NCBI GenBank assembly: GCA_030704615.1 | Contig: CM060734.1 | Location: forward strand, 34,534,001-34,598,000 | Direction: 5' to 3' | Length of the DNA stretch: 64,000 bases | Source: Takakia lepidozioides | Lineage: Eukaryota > Plantae > Bryophyta | Program-made: the position numbers and the translations under genes | The notes under the pieces: generated by a model | The model's input: the letters and a program-made list of their open reading frames with translations, nothing else | What the model was told of the DNA's origin: nothing | The model's database searches: none | Part shown: positions 47,001-61,079 of the stretch, piece after piece | How positions within the stretch are numbered: position 1 is the first letter of the stretch | Layout: every line of letters starts with the position of its first letter

Positions 47001-50000
47001 CTCAGGTCATACGACGAGGAATATAATGTTGGCAGGACGTGGAAAGAATAGAAAAAAAATGCGCAAAAATCCTGCTATCTCGTAAGACGTGGTTATATTA
47101 TACTCATGGCTCATAAATGACAAACGATCATTGCCCATCCATAGCTGCATTTCTAATATCTCGTTTATCGAATTGCTGAACTAGATATAAGGATACTTGA
47201 TAGACTTACATGTTCATGACATTTAATATAACACATCTTATCTATGATGCATAGGTACATAAGTTGTTGAGACCACATTGGGAATTGTTTTCTGAGAATA
47301 CGTGTAATTTATATCAAAATTCAAATCAAGTAAAATCTCAACAAATTCGTATTGATAGCTGAGTAAAAGCATCGTTACTATACCCAAAAAATTATGATTG
47401 CAAGACGGCAAAATTTCGCATAAAACATTTTCCGATCAAAATAAAATAAGGACCATATACTCGTGGACGACCTCCCCAGGTTGCCCTGACTCTCGGGGCT
47501 CTGATGAGGGCACAGCGAGGCGAGATGGCATGGAAGGAGATGGTGAACTTGCCGAAGATGATTGCCCATTGGACGGTGTTGAAGTGCCTTCAGTTGATGC
47601 AGCGGGCGGCGCAACCGCCTGGCTTGAAGAGAGGCAGAGAGGCAGAGATGCCATAGTCTTCTGTTAGAGGCCAAAAAAGAGAAGAGAGGAGAGAGTGCTG
47701 CAGGTCCGAGAAAGAGATAGGGGCACAATCTGTTGGTGTTTATACCTCCTCATGGCAGGGATCAAACATACTTTACCATAACTTACATCAACACAACTTT
47801 GGAACGACACCAAGAAATCCCCGCAGAACCATCTGAACAAAGATTTGCAGTCGTCCCTGACAAGACCCACTTTCTGCCCTTCAAACCAGTTCCCCCTTGC
47901 AGCTCACCTGAAGAAAGTTCAAGACAGTGAGAGAGAGAACCTGATGTATTCTTGAAATTCCTTCTCTACAAAACCCACAAGCCTCGGGAACCCAGAGCAA
48001 AAAATCTGTGAAGAACAAACTGGAAATCGAGCGATAACAAAAATTCGAGACAGTCAAGAGACAGAAAGACAGTGAGAATGCATCAAAGTCAGATAAAACC
48101 CAGCAACAGATAATGAAGATAAAACGTCAGGAGACTGTAACGGAGACTCCAACACAGACTGCAGGGATATCGATGGCGGGGAAAAAGAGACTCTAGAAAC
48201 TCTGAACTTCAGCAATGTGGCAAAACATGAGTGGCTGAAAAACTGAGAAAACAAATATGTGGAATATCCAGGTGTACAAAGAGATAAGATGATGAACCTC
48301 CTCCTCGCTGAATCTGTGAGCTCAGCAGTTATCTGATACCCACTGGGCTGTTTACAAATAGAATCCCTTAGCGGAGTCCAATAGCTACAGAATTTCCGAT
48401 ACAGGGAACGGGATTTCGGTATAGGGAATGGGGTAGGTTTTGATATCTTTTTTCTGCAAAGAATGAAATCGCCTGCATTCTTGAACATGTCAGGGAGATT
48501 CTTAGAAGAGACAAGAGGACAAGGCGTTGAAGAGAAACTCAGAAGATGTATGGAGGGAGGCCATATCTCGTTGAGCCATCTTGTCAAACACCCGACACGC
48601 CTCCTTTAGTCAAACATAGCGCGCAAATTCGTTCACAGCGTATATCAATCTGGTTACAGGGATTGAGCATCATGTGCATGCAGGTCAAGCAATGAGCAAA
48701 GAACGATTTTGGCAGGCGTTCTTCTCAGATCCCTCACAGTGGTGGGACGACGGGTTTGATAAGGTGAGGCTTTGTTCATTTAGGGCAAAGGCTTGTGCCT
48801 GAAGATGATGACATTGTAGCTCCATTTGCTAAATCTGACAAGAGTTATGCTCTTTAAGTGCGAAAAACAGCCAAATCAGTCCCTCAGTAGGTTGTGCAAA
48901 AGTATGTTGTTCTCCTGTAATTTGCAAGGCGCCGTGGGTTTTCTAATGGATATCATCACTGGAATGAGATAAAATTAACATCGATGCTCACCGAGTGCAG
49001 TGAGCGAAACTTGCCGGTATCATTTCTACACAGGTATCATTTTTGCACACTTTGCAAGTGTCTGCACGGAAAGCTCACATACTTCATTCAATGCCTGCAT
49101 TGATACGATCCAAAATGAGAGCACACAAGCGGAAAAATATGTGTGAGCTTCATGACTCATCCCTTTACTATTCCTTGTGAAAGCTGCTGACATTGAAATT
49201 TGAGAGGATTTAGCAGCATTGACATCATACTAATGCCTCTCAAAGCTCCTGGATTCTTGGAAGAGAGATTTGTCTGTGCAGTTATAGTAACACTCCTCTA
49301 CAAGATCAATCTGTCTGACTCCACTTGCTTCAATCATCATCAAAACAATATGCATTGTACTCTTGACCTGGATGTCCATGGTGTAACCCACATTAGAAGC
49401 ATCACCAGGGTGCACTCGACCTTGTACAGTGCCAGCTAGCTTTGCTTTTATCCAAGGGTTGGCACATAGTAGCCAAGACATTAGAGACAGCGACAGCTCC
49501 AAATTTGTACAATGGTGCAACTGGCCACATCTCAACTCTTCGCACCTGTGTCTCACAAGTATCAGGATTACCAACCAATTCAGTTCCATGACCCTTCCTA
49601 TTTCTTTATGTCCTTGACAACAATTTTGTGCTTGGATCTCAGATCGAAGAACACCAAGTTTCCAGCTTTGTACTCAACCTTACCAAAACAAGCGATCAAA
49701 GTGGAGGTGTAAAAGAGGGGTGACGTACCAAAATGACTAATACACAAACAATACAGGTTAAAAGACGGTTGCGAAAGACTATAAACAGAGAGTACTTGAA
49801 GTACTCTTTCTCCTCCCCGTATGGTGCCCGCATGATCTTTTCCTGCAGTAGTTCACACCAACACCTTCAGCACTTCCATTTTGACCTACCAAGTAAGATT
49901 TGTTCCCATACCACCTCTCTTTTCACAATATATCCCCTAGGTCCTCACACAGTGCAATAACATCTCCATGCATCACATTGTTTATGGTTACTAGGGGCTG

Positions 50001-51763
50001 CAGTAGCAGCGCTGAAATCAAGACCACACTTTCTGCTATGCTATCCAAGAGGACTGAATTCTGTCACCAGATCGTTGTCAGCTGTGCAAGATGTCATTAT
50101 CAGGCCTGTGAATCTACCCGTCATGCCATAAATGGCCAAGGGAGGATTTGGAAACTGGAGCGGGTAACTGATTGACAACATTCATGCCTGGACGGGTCCA
50201 GACACATCTCTCCATCCCCAGGCACACACGAGCAGGAGAAACATACAACGGACAACCAGGCCTCGAATTGCACAGGCTCAAATGAATTTTGGCACAAAAA
50301 TTATTACGTAGCCAGTTGCTTAGCATCAAGTGAAAATCTCTGGCTAACGCAGCTAAATTGTAGTGACTCTAAAATGAACGTGAACTATCTCCAATCCGCC
50401 CTGTGCACTTTTGATGCTTATATCAAATCAATTCACCCACAACATTTCAAATCGCAGGTCTTACATCCAATATCTTTCTGCCCCCTGATCCAGACCTATA
50501 ACTCCAGGATCTGACGTCTGGATTCAAAATGCAAAATGCACGAAATCTATTTCGAGATCTCACGCATCCAAGCAGGTGACTACAAAGCATAATGGAAACT
50601 TCTGTGACACTCGAGAAATTTCTTACTGCCACGAAGTACAGTGCGTTTCAACGAACTTACAAACTCTCGACCCCACACTCTCTTCGACCATAATTCACGA
50701 GATCGAGCTCACTTGCAAGAACACCTCCCTCTCTCCCCTCTCTAGACACACAAGGCATGAAAAGAAAATCGAGAGCGCACCTGCATGAGGCCATATATGA
50801 CAAGCACGGACACATGTAGGATCTCCCTCTGAGATCCGTGTGTGAAACCCTTCCGCACGCGGGGACATCATCATCCCTTCCCCGCGCTGCAAGACACCTC
50901 TCTCGGTTATTTTTCGGGCATTTCGGGCAACTTCTTAAGAAAATGACGACGATGATGTGGCGTGGCGACGATGACGCGGCTGACGACGATGACGTAGCAT
51001 GAAGACGATGACGTGGCTGAAGATGACGACGTAGCATGAAGATGATGTGGTACTATGGCACCCTATTCACGCTCTCTCCGACCTTCAGTCGTCGCTAGAA
51101 CTAAATGCTTTTAATCGTAGCCAAACTTTGGTTTCCTCAGCTTTCCAGTCCAACATGACAAAACCCAAAAAAAAAACAAAAAACAAAAACCCAAATTCCT
51201 TTTTGGCAGCTTAGTGCTAACGCTGGCCACTGGAGCTTGCCACATGAGCAGCTTGGATTGCCACACGAGCATTGAGTTTTCCATTGGAAGCCCATGTCTA
51301 CAAGAGGACGAAGGGTTTTCATGCTTACCACCAATGATACTATGCTGTACCATTATCGTGTGTGTTAAGGACCGCAAAGGAGAGCCTTTCTGTTCACCTA
51401 TTCCACAGTAGGCCAGCTTCTGCCACAACATCATTTGTACTGGTCAGAGGGACGACTCATCATATTACCTTTCGAGCGCATGAGGAGCTCATCGATGCTA
51501 TGTGCAGCTTCAGAGAGGGCTGCAGTCTCGCTAAAACAACATAATTCCAATCCATTCAGCCGTACGTGAGTGCTAAGGAGGCGTTGTTCGTCGCAACTGA
51601 AGCCATGAGGTTATCGGCCTCGCATCAATGTAAGACTTCTCGTTTACATACTTATTAAAGCACACTGCTTCGCGTTTGAACGTGAGAAGCTCGAAAAGTT
51701 AGATTTAGGGGTGCTGGGTGATTCCACCTTCAGCAGACGGGCGGAGACGAAGGAGGGTTGGCT

Positions 51764-53117
51764 ATGGCGATTGAGGAGAATGGTGCTCCCCAATTGCAGG
51801 AGCAGGTGGGTACCAAAGAAGATGTGGAGAGAAGTGGTACCATAGCTCTGGCAGCTGAGGAAATGGGCACTCTCACAATCTTGCCTGTAGTAGAGGAATC
51901 TGCCAGGAATGGAGAGGGCGCAAGGGCTAGTGGGAGTGCGGGAATGCCTCCCCCAAAACCTAAACCGCGAGCCAAAGTGCCTCTGGAAAAAGGATTCAGT
52001 CAGATGGTGTGGATGAAGCTGCTGAAGACCGAGCATGACCTCGCAGGTATTTGCTTCTCTGTACTTGGTCTCTCTGTGTGAAAGCTTTTGACCTGTTGAA
52101 TTATGGCAGCGACGGTTCTGTTGACAGTTTGTGTGTGCAGTTTGTGCAGGGTTAACAACCAAGTCCGACTGTGAGTCCCTGTGGCTAATTTTTGTCAGGT
52201 GACTGTGGCAGGGCTGAAGGGGCAGTCAAACAAGAGGCTGATTAGCATGGACGAGATAAAGCGGCACAGAACAGAGGATGACGCCTGGACTGTTCTACGC
52301 GGCCGTGTCTACAACATATCACCCTACATTCGGTTTCACCCTGGAGGTCAGTATGATCAGCCCCTCACTCTCTCCTACCTTGTCTGGCCCATGAACTTCT
52401 ATCTGTCAGTGCCGTCACAGCCATATTTTGTTTAAGGGCTTCAATATGAGTGCTGGAATTTGAATCGAGCTTTCTAGTGTGACGGCAACAGCAGCCTGTA
52501 AATCAACACTCCAAAACATAGTAGCGTGTGAGCGTCGGAAACGTTGGGTTGAGATTACATATACTGGTCTATATAGCCTCATCGCAGGTCTGGGTATGCT
52601 CTATGGAACTTACACTTTCAATGAGTATGTCATAGTCATCTTGAACAGTAATATCCAATGAGTACATAGTTGGGCTTGGCAGGGTGTCAGCCAGGGTTAG
52701 GAAACAGCCAGAGACAAGGGACCAGAGCTGTTTTGAAGGTTTGAGGTATTAGCTGAGAAGGGGGTTCCCTGGCCTTTTGGGGTTTGATAATGTGAGTAGA
52801 GGATGACCAGATAGAAAATATTTGTCGGTGTCTGCAGGGCGAGATATGATCATGAAAGGGGCTGGCAAGGACTGTACTTCCCTCTTCAGTATCCTCATTA
52901 TATACACAAGCTGCATTTGTCTTTGGTGCTCCTCCCTCTCTTCAAATATCTAGAGCAGTGATGCATATTGTGTTAAACTAAAGGCTGGTAGCTAAAGGGT
53001 GGTGACCTATGTTACCTCATGGCTTAACATTCTTTGCCAGATAAGTATCATGCATGGGTCAATGCGGAGTATCTTTTGGAACAGTGCCTAGTTGGCTTCC
53101 TGGAGGTCACGACTTGA
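51764..53117 (+). CDS. RLF: Cytochrome b5-like heme/steroid-binding domain protein, RLF-like; exons 51764-52046, 52212-52346, 52838-52888, 53041-53117
   Basis: [72 protein letters not shown]; both heme-ligand His present; frame intact across splice sites. Confidence 0.92.
52889..53040 (+). other. U12-type (minor spliceosome) GT-AG intron
   Basis: 5' site GTATCCTC; branch-like GCTTAAC at 53022-53028, 12 nt from the intron end. Confidence 0.8.
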
Positions 53118-56100
53118 TACCAATACCCCTGGCATACCAAGCAGCCATTCTACCAGATGTAACTTGTACCTACTGTGTTGTGGTTCCACAATCAAAACCT
53201 GTGGGAGGACATCGCTGCATTTCCACTTGTGGGAGGTGTGGTACCATGACAACTGGCAGAGAAGATAATAATGAAATGGGCGACATATTGGCAGGCTCTC
53301 TTGACCCCAACAAGATGGTTGCCTGTTGAAAAGGATGGTTTGGTCTTTCCTGTCTATTCGTTCCTTACTGTCTTCTAATCATCAAGCATTGCTCATAATG
53401 TGGCATGAGCCTGCAGAAACCATTTTTTGAAGATGGTATGGCACATTGAGTTGCCAGTGCAGATTCTTCTGTAGAATTTCGACCATACTCAAGGTGTTTG
53501 TCAGAAACAATTGAATTCTTGTCTAACAATCTTCTAACTGTTTTCTGATAGACCCTTCAATAGCTTTCTTTTCAAAGTTGTATGCACTTGTCATCAGACC
53601 AACACAATTACATGGAGTACTTTCAATTTATTTTTATTTGTATTCGCCATTTAAATTTTATTGATATGGGGAAAAATCAAACCCCGGAGAGACCAAGGGG
53701 AGAGACCAAGGGTGAACGGTGAGCCCAGATAGAACACGAGAGTTCAATTGCTGTTCCATTAATCAAAACATTCAGATAGAGTATTACTGAAAGTTGGTTA
53801 TACTAAATATCTTTGAACTTTGTTCCTGTATGTGTTGACGACGGCAAAATGGGAGTAGTTTTCAAGCACTTATGAATGTATCTAAGAGAGCTGCAAGTTG
53901 TACGAAGCATTTGGGACTGATGAGCCCTAAACCTGCACCCTTCGCACCAACGATATCAGGAACAATGCAGATCGGCCAAACAGACCAAGATTGCCTTAAA
54001 GGGGAGTAAGAGCATCGACGTGCACGAGTTATTTGTGGTTAGACAGTTCACATCCCATTCTCATAGGTACGCCCTTGCAATGGCAAGAAGTCCACTAATG
54101 CCCATACACCTGAAAAGTCTGGAGTCAATTTCCTAGAACAAATGTCTGGCTGCAGGTTACTGCAGTCTAACATTCACATCAAGAAACTTTAACCTTAAAC
54201 AGTGTACCCACACAGACAATGGGCAAACATCCCCTACATGTCCCACTGTCCCACTGTGTCACATTACACTAATGTTGGAGAACAGAGAAGCTATGAAGGA
54301 CATTGGCCGGACACAGTGCTATAGGGGAGAACTCGCATGGGAGTAACATGGGTGACATTGACCTTGCAAAATGCAAGTTGTACATTCAACTTGGCATGTG
54401 TGGCACAACACATTGGTGTTCCACATTATGAATGTACAAAAGGTCTTACAGATTTACAAATGCAACTTCAGGTGTCCACTGCAAGTGTGAGGGCTTATAG
54501 CCATTCAAATGGGAAGGTGAATCAATAAATTTGCCTTTTGAAACACCAGAGTGATGAAAATGAGCCATGCCAAGACTAATATCTAGCTTCCTGGATACTA
54601 ATAAAATTCCTACGGCTTACCCCACCCACATACAGCCACCTGTCTGCATTGTACGGAGTCTCCACCACAATCAACCAGCTCAAATGTGGAGGTTCCTGTT
54701 TGCTCTAGTCCGCTGAGGACCTACCCAAATTTTAGTATACTCTAAGAGCATCTCGTGCAACAGGCTAAACATGATTCCTTGCAAGGCCCACTACCGTCCA
54801 TCCTGGGATACCCAGAACACCAGGCTGCATGACATGCTGTGTAAATAAACATGGCGAGGGCTATCTGTCCGGTTTGTTTTACAGGAATAGATAATACCAG
54901 GTCATGGAACACTTGCCACATAATGTTGAAGAACCACACTGACTGCAGCCTCAGCAGGGGAGAAGAAGAGCAAACAACCCTCCCAGAATAAGCCAAAGGT
55001 CAGAAGAAGCAAACCCAGAAACACCACCTCCTAATTTGCAGAGCCTGAGATGTTCGCGACGCTAAATACCACGCACATTGAAGCCTGGGAATGCAGAGTC
55101 AGACAAACAGAAAAAGGTCACATGGTCGACTAACAACCCATTACCAATTAGAACAAAGTTATGTTGCCCATAATACACCAGGAAACCAACATCTTCTAGA
55201 CAACAGCAACAGTGGACCTAATAAGCACAGCACAGAGTATGCCTTATTATCCACTGGTTCTCTAAAAGCAAGACAGCAAGTCACGTCTGCCTCCTCATTT
55301 TGCGCTGGAGAGCTTGCTGCAAGATGATCCATGCTTCTTTGGGAAATCAGAGAACACTATTATAAGCCCAGCATGACCTGCTCTTTTCGCAGCGCAGACT
55401 TGCAACAGTGTGACCTCTGATGTTGTCCCAAATCACACATTGAGGCATCCTGCATTGCTTGAGTCAATGCTCCAGACTCCCAGCTCTAGGGCAGCTGATG
55501 GCACTGATGGTTGCCAACCCTTCTCATCCCTTGTCCCGAAGAACTCTAACCAGGGGAGCCAGGCATTCTCCTCCAGACCTTGAGGAGTAAATATCGAGCA
55601 CTGATTCGAATATCTGAACCACCTTCTTGTGGCTGTCCTAAAGGGGACGCAGGATGTGGAGGCCAAGATAGTCTATTTTGAAGAAGGTATCCCACCATCC
55701 AAGCCTGGACCCTACTGTCCGACAGATTGATTTGGTAAGCAATGTAGTAGGTTGAATCCAGGCTCAATCCATCATATGAGCAACCCTCTAAGGCATACAG
55801 CCACCATACTGAAACTACGACAACTACAGTCAAACCATCAACAGTCAGGAAATGAAAATCAGGAAACAGCCAAGGAAACAGAGAACAAGAAACATAGTTA
55901 CCAAAACTGTTGCCCTGGCTGCTCAACATTTTCTTCTCTCTGAAATGTTTATCCCCCCGAAATTCAACGTGGATTGCTGCTGCACCCACGATCTTCCAAC
56001 CTCATTTTCGCAAGGGGTGAGGAGTTTTGAACAAATCTATGACCAGTTCATATCTGGTGTCCAACATGTGCCACCAACATTTTGACCCATACAGTTTCAA

Positions 56101-58920
56101 CAGAAGAGTCAGTGCAATACAAGTGGAACACAATGGAGCACCTAATAAGCTTGCATCACACATTGCTGGTATACTAGAACATCCCCTTAAGTAAACATAA
56201 TAACTTATTATTTCAAAACTAAGAAAAACAGATATTGTGATATTGGCATTCCAGCATATAACACATGACTTACTGGGATCGACCATACTGTGAACACAAA
56301 GGACTTTCAATCCCAGCAGGAAAGATACAACATTCTATATGACTTCCATGCCTTTGCCGTGAGACTAGATTGGTGATGTGTGAGAAAATAGCCTTCCTAT
56401 TATATTGTGACATTCCCCTTAGCCTAAAACTGAAAGAAGATCAGTAGCGTATATTAATCATATACGGCCAGGGACAAAAACTACTTAAATGAACAGAGAA
56501 CTACAAGTTGACTAACCTGCTTTTAATACAGAGGAAGACTTGTCCAGGAAGCACTACGTATAACCTGAACCGGTGTTGAGGTTCTTTAGGAAATCCTCCT
56601 ACAAGATGATACAAGCCACCTGAATACAACCAATCCACCCATTACAGAGTTAGTTCATAATGTCTCTTTCACAATTCATAACCCCTGTTGGTCTCAGCAT
56701 GTTTCTTACATGTAAGCCAGTTGTAAGCTAATCGTGCTTTCTTGCGTCTCTGCTGTTGTCTAACACTGCTTCAACCACTGCCTCAACTAGACAATGAATA
56801 GCTCCAACCCAAACCAGACAGACATGCTGTAAGCTTGAGATCAAAACTGACTGCTGCAGACAGCTGCTTCCCTCTATATCTTGACAATTGAGGAAGAGTG
56901 GTGAATTACAGCTGCGAGTTGGAGAACAGAATAGCTGCTAGCCCTTATTCAGCAATTCATACTCGGCAATTGAGAAGAAGGAAGAAAATTTGATTAGCAA
57001 ATATTGCATAAACACCACCTCCCCACTCTCCTATACATCCTTCTGATAACATCTAAACGTGAAGCCTTTAGTTGAGCTACCATTTGTTGCATTTATCAGT
57101 CCCCAACAGTCATTAGAAACAGGAATTGCAATCTCTTCACAATGGTGCATGAACTATCAGCAGCCGAAGCTACAACCTCCAACCCAGAAATCCTAGCCCA
57201 CAAGAGTGCCCAACTATACTGATTTTGGTACACACAGACAGCTCGGGTGATTGCCCTTACTATGCTATGATACTTAAAATACACAAGAATGCTCAGTTCA
57301 CTACTGATTACACCCCAGGTGCCACCAAGTTTGGAGAATCACACAAAGTGTTATTGTGTATGCAAAGTGAAATATTAACTGTGACACAGGTGTGGCCTTG
57401 CCTATTTCAATCCCTAACACACAAGCAACCATTCAGCTAAGATTACCTTACACATGCTTACAGGAGGAGGAAAAGTGGGGGTTATGAATGGCAAAGTAGA
57501 TAATTTAGTGACAGGGAGACAGGCTAAGAAGCATTTGACACTTCTCCATGGTCCACATCTCATCAATTGAAATCACTTCCATCTAATAACCTGCATAGTC
57601 GTGAATCAATATTTTCATTGTCCGTACATATGAGGCAGACCTAGTGATATTGCACAGACTTTGGAAGGCGTGGAAATCAAAAGCATGTAGAGCAAGTAGT
57701 GATATCTTTGCAATCCAGTACCACTATCCTTGACCTTGATTATAGGAGGGGTGAAGACTTGGATGAGTCTTCAATTGAAGCGACTTTAAACAGCATACTA
57801 ACAGATTTTAACGATCAGTGCCCTTCAGAGTTAACTCCAACATGGAGAAGCTGCATGCTGTATGCTTCAATAATATTTTCTTTTGGCTGCAGAACATTCA
57901 AAACTACTCTCCTTAGTTGGAATCCATTTCAATGACAGTTGGTTATTCCTTATAAGAAATTAAAAACTTCAGACAAACAGAGGTCGGAACTATCACTGAC
58001 AACTACAATTTACTCCTACTTCCCTGTTACAGATGGCCTAAGCAGATGCCAACAACATTTGTTTTGTCTGAAAATTCTGAGTCCTGAGTCTCTTTCAGCA
58101 AATATTGAGGAAAGTACGGATCAGGAATGGTCATTACTCCATCTTGAGGCATGCAAATGGCTCTCTAAGGCCACAGCAAGAAAAACCCCAGAGAAATGGA
58201 CCCCCTCCTTCACATTTTCTATCGTCAGGAAAGGACATCTCCCTATGCGGAGATGTTTTTGGGTCCAACTGACACCTCAGGTCTCTTGCATCTTGAGCCC
58301 ATCAAAAAATGTACCTTTTTATAAAAGCAGCAGATGCTCACCGTCTCAGTAAATCTATGAGTTACTAGATAAGACTGGTTATTAAGTGGCAACTTCGGGT
58401 GAGTTTCATAACTCTGGTGGGTATGCACAAAAGCTCTAGGAGGTTTGGTTTCCCATGGGTAACAGGACTACCAGTCTCTTCAGATATCTCACTGGTGATG
58501 GAAGTATTCAACAAAACGTAAGTACCAGAGAGCCACCTCTGCACCTGACAGCACCTGTTGTTTTCTTGGTTCGTGACCAAATCATCCAGGGGAGATGCTG
58601 CCTCATTTAGTATGCCAATAGAGAACCAAATGAAGCTAAGGCTGGTTTGCAATACAATAACCAATATACACTACAGTAAGGTGATCTAGGCTACCCTCAC
58701 AGATTGCCAGGTCCAGGGCTATTTTAGACAGCCAGTGGAAACATCTCTGCTTCTGAATCTTCAACCAGCTTAGTACAGGTGCTCATTTTTGTCAGGTGTT
58801 AAAATCCTTCAACACATCTCCCTCTTCCAAGCAGGAGCCTCATTTGGATGACAGCTGTTTGACCGAGCTTGATCTGGTCACACAGAAAAATTGCCCTGCC
58901 AAAATGAGCACTTGGCATCC

Positions 58921-59213
58921 CTAGTAAGGCCGATAGCCGGGGCCCAAGTTCCCATTATGGCCGTGCTGCCATCTAGTGGGCCCAATCCCCACTGGTTGTG
59001 CTTGCCGTTGTTGCTTTTCGTGTAGTTGACGTTGTTGCTGTTGCTGCTGTTGTTGTTGTTGTTGTTGTTGGTGTTGCTGCTGCTGCTGCTGGCCTTGGCC
59101 CTCGCTCTCCCCCCTCTTCAACTCCACTTTGATATGTTTGCCAGAAATAGACATACCATTCACTTGATGAATAGCTGCTTCCGCAGCTTGTGAAGAATCC
59201 ATGGACACAAAAC
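58921..59213 (-). CDS. Last coding exon of a CELF/Bruno-like (BRN-like) RRM protein with a polyQ insert; upstream exons not found in window
   Basis: CAG acceptor, then GFVSMDSSQAAEAAIHQVNGMSISGKHIKVELKR..RPY*, the typical end of CELF RRM3; CAG/CAA tract at about 59030-59090. Confidence 0.75.
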
Positions 59214-60181
59214 CTGCTTGGGGAGCATGCAATAAGGTATCCCCAGGACCCAGATGGAAATGCACTTGTAGATGACAGAAGATAAACAGTTGATGAGATG
59301 TGTGGGAGGAAAAGAAACGTGGGAGAGGGTTGGCAGGTAACTTCATGATGCTGCAATAGAGACATACTTGTCTACAAATGAAAGCTAAATGATGGCTCCT
59401 AATAGACAATTTTATTAACAGGTTGACAACAAATACATTTGAAAAGCCACGCCCTTGCTTCAATTTAGCTTAATCCAATCCAGAGTTGTAGTCTAGAAGT
59501 TTTATGGATTCAGGAAAAGAGACTGAATGAAAGCAAACTACATAGCATCCATGAGCGCCACAAAGGTCCATGGGACAGGGTAGAACTGAACAAAGAACTA
59601 CTTCAGGAAGTGTTTGTTCAGTAATAGAAGTCCTGTGAAAGAACAAGTGTTCAGTATTCTTCTGATGTATGCTAAGGATGAAAACCAAAGGTAAAGCTGA
59701 AGACCTCCGCTAGAAAATGGTAATCTCTAAAGCGACAATGAAGAGAGGAAAAACTGAATAGGGGTCCTATCTGGAGGACACCACGAAGCATATTTGATGC
59801 ACTTCCAGATACAAGGGTGTGTCAGGTAGTGGGCGGCATGAGACACACTTGCTATGTTGGACTTGCCCCTAAGTGCAACTTACCGACATCTAAATAGTGT
59901 GCCATCTATCTGCAAGCAATTATGATGGAGAGGGGTATAGGAAGCAAAGGTACTCAACTATACTTGGTGTCAGGGGTGCAGAATGAGCTTGACTGGCAGT
60001 CTCTTGTGTAGAGAGCCTGGTATTGGTAAATTTAGAGGATAGGATACAAGCGCATATAATATACACATAAAACCTAATTCACGGGGAGCCATCAGGCTGA
60101 GAGCCAAAAGCATGAGTGTTGAGGCATGTATGCAGAGTGATTGGAGGTTCTCTCGCATCCTGTCCCTCTCTCTCGGTGCAA

Positions 60182-61079
60182 GGAGTGTATGTCAGCATAC
60201 TCCAAAACAGCCAATGTGGCTGTTCGGGGTGAGTTTGGCATTCCGTCCTTAAGCTCCCGACGAGATGAATTCAAGGTCAGATGGTGGGGTCAGCTGCAAC
60301 ATATGCCCAACACCAGATATCCTAAGTTAATCGACTCTATATCTTGGAAACAGGACCGCCCTGTCAAACAGGCTAAGTCCTGGCAGAAGAGAGTAGAAGA
60401 GATCCTCAAGGACCTGGACCTGGATCCGCAAGTCTTGACCCTGCTGGATAAATCTGACTTAGAGGCTGTAGTGTCCTCAGCCATGTCTGTTGCCATGAGA
60501 TTGTCTGATGAAAATGAAGTTAGGCAGAAAACTTCCCTGAACTTGTTTCCAGTCTGTGACATGGGGGAGGACATCTTGGATGACCTCAAGGGTCTACCCA
60601 CTCTCGGCACTAGACTGAAATTTAAACTCAGGGCAGGAAGCCTACCTTTGAACAGCAAACAGAAGCAGAGAGGAAAGGGAGAGTGCAATTGCCCGTTGTG
60701 TGGGCAATCTGAAGACAGTATTCATTTTCTGATACACTGTCCGGGGTTCTCTCACCAAAGAGACGCTCTCTTCAAATCTATTAAGGGAATTGTGCCTGTA
60801 CCCCTGTTTACCAACTTTGAAAGTCTCGAGGCTGAGCCAAAAGCCCAGGCCCTCCTGAGGCCTAGTTTTTGGGCAAATCACACACAGCAGATTGATGCTT
60901 GTGTGAAGGGATTTCTAGAGGATATCTGGAAAACCCGGATTAATTCTTTATATGGAGGTAAGTCTTACTACCAACGTCAGCCCCTGACAGAGGTAGGTTC
61001 TGTCCCTTTTGTTCCCGCTCAAACTGGGCGCGGGGTCAATGGCCACAAGGCTACGGCAAACAACGTCTTATGAGTACAA
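60182..61079 (+). mobile_element. 5'-truncated LINE (post-RT region plus CCHC knuckle), antisense in the presumed CELF intron
   Basis: TAN.AVRGEFG, KLRAGSLPL, CPLC..HFLIHC; 13-bp TSD with one mismatch, TCTCT(C/T)GGTGCAA at 60169-60181 and 61080-61092. Confidence 0.85.

Noticed and set aside
47436-47910. Possible first exons of a minus-strand gene (MASLPLCLSSS...)
   Set aside because: Low-complexity peptide, no recognisable domain or downstream exons.
54500-57300. Exon-like minus-strand segments
   Set aside because: All frames interrupted by stops and no recognisable family; could be a pseudogene or lncRNA.
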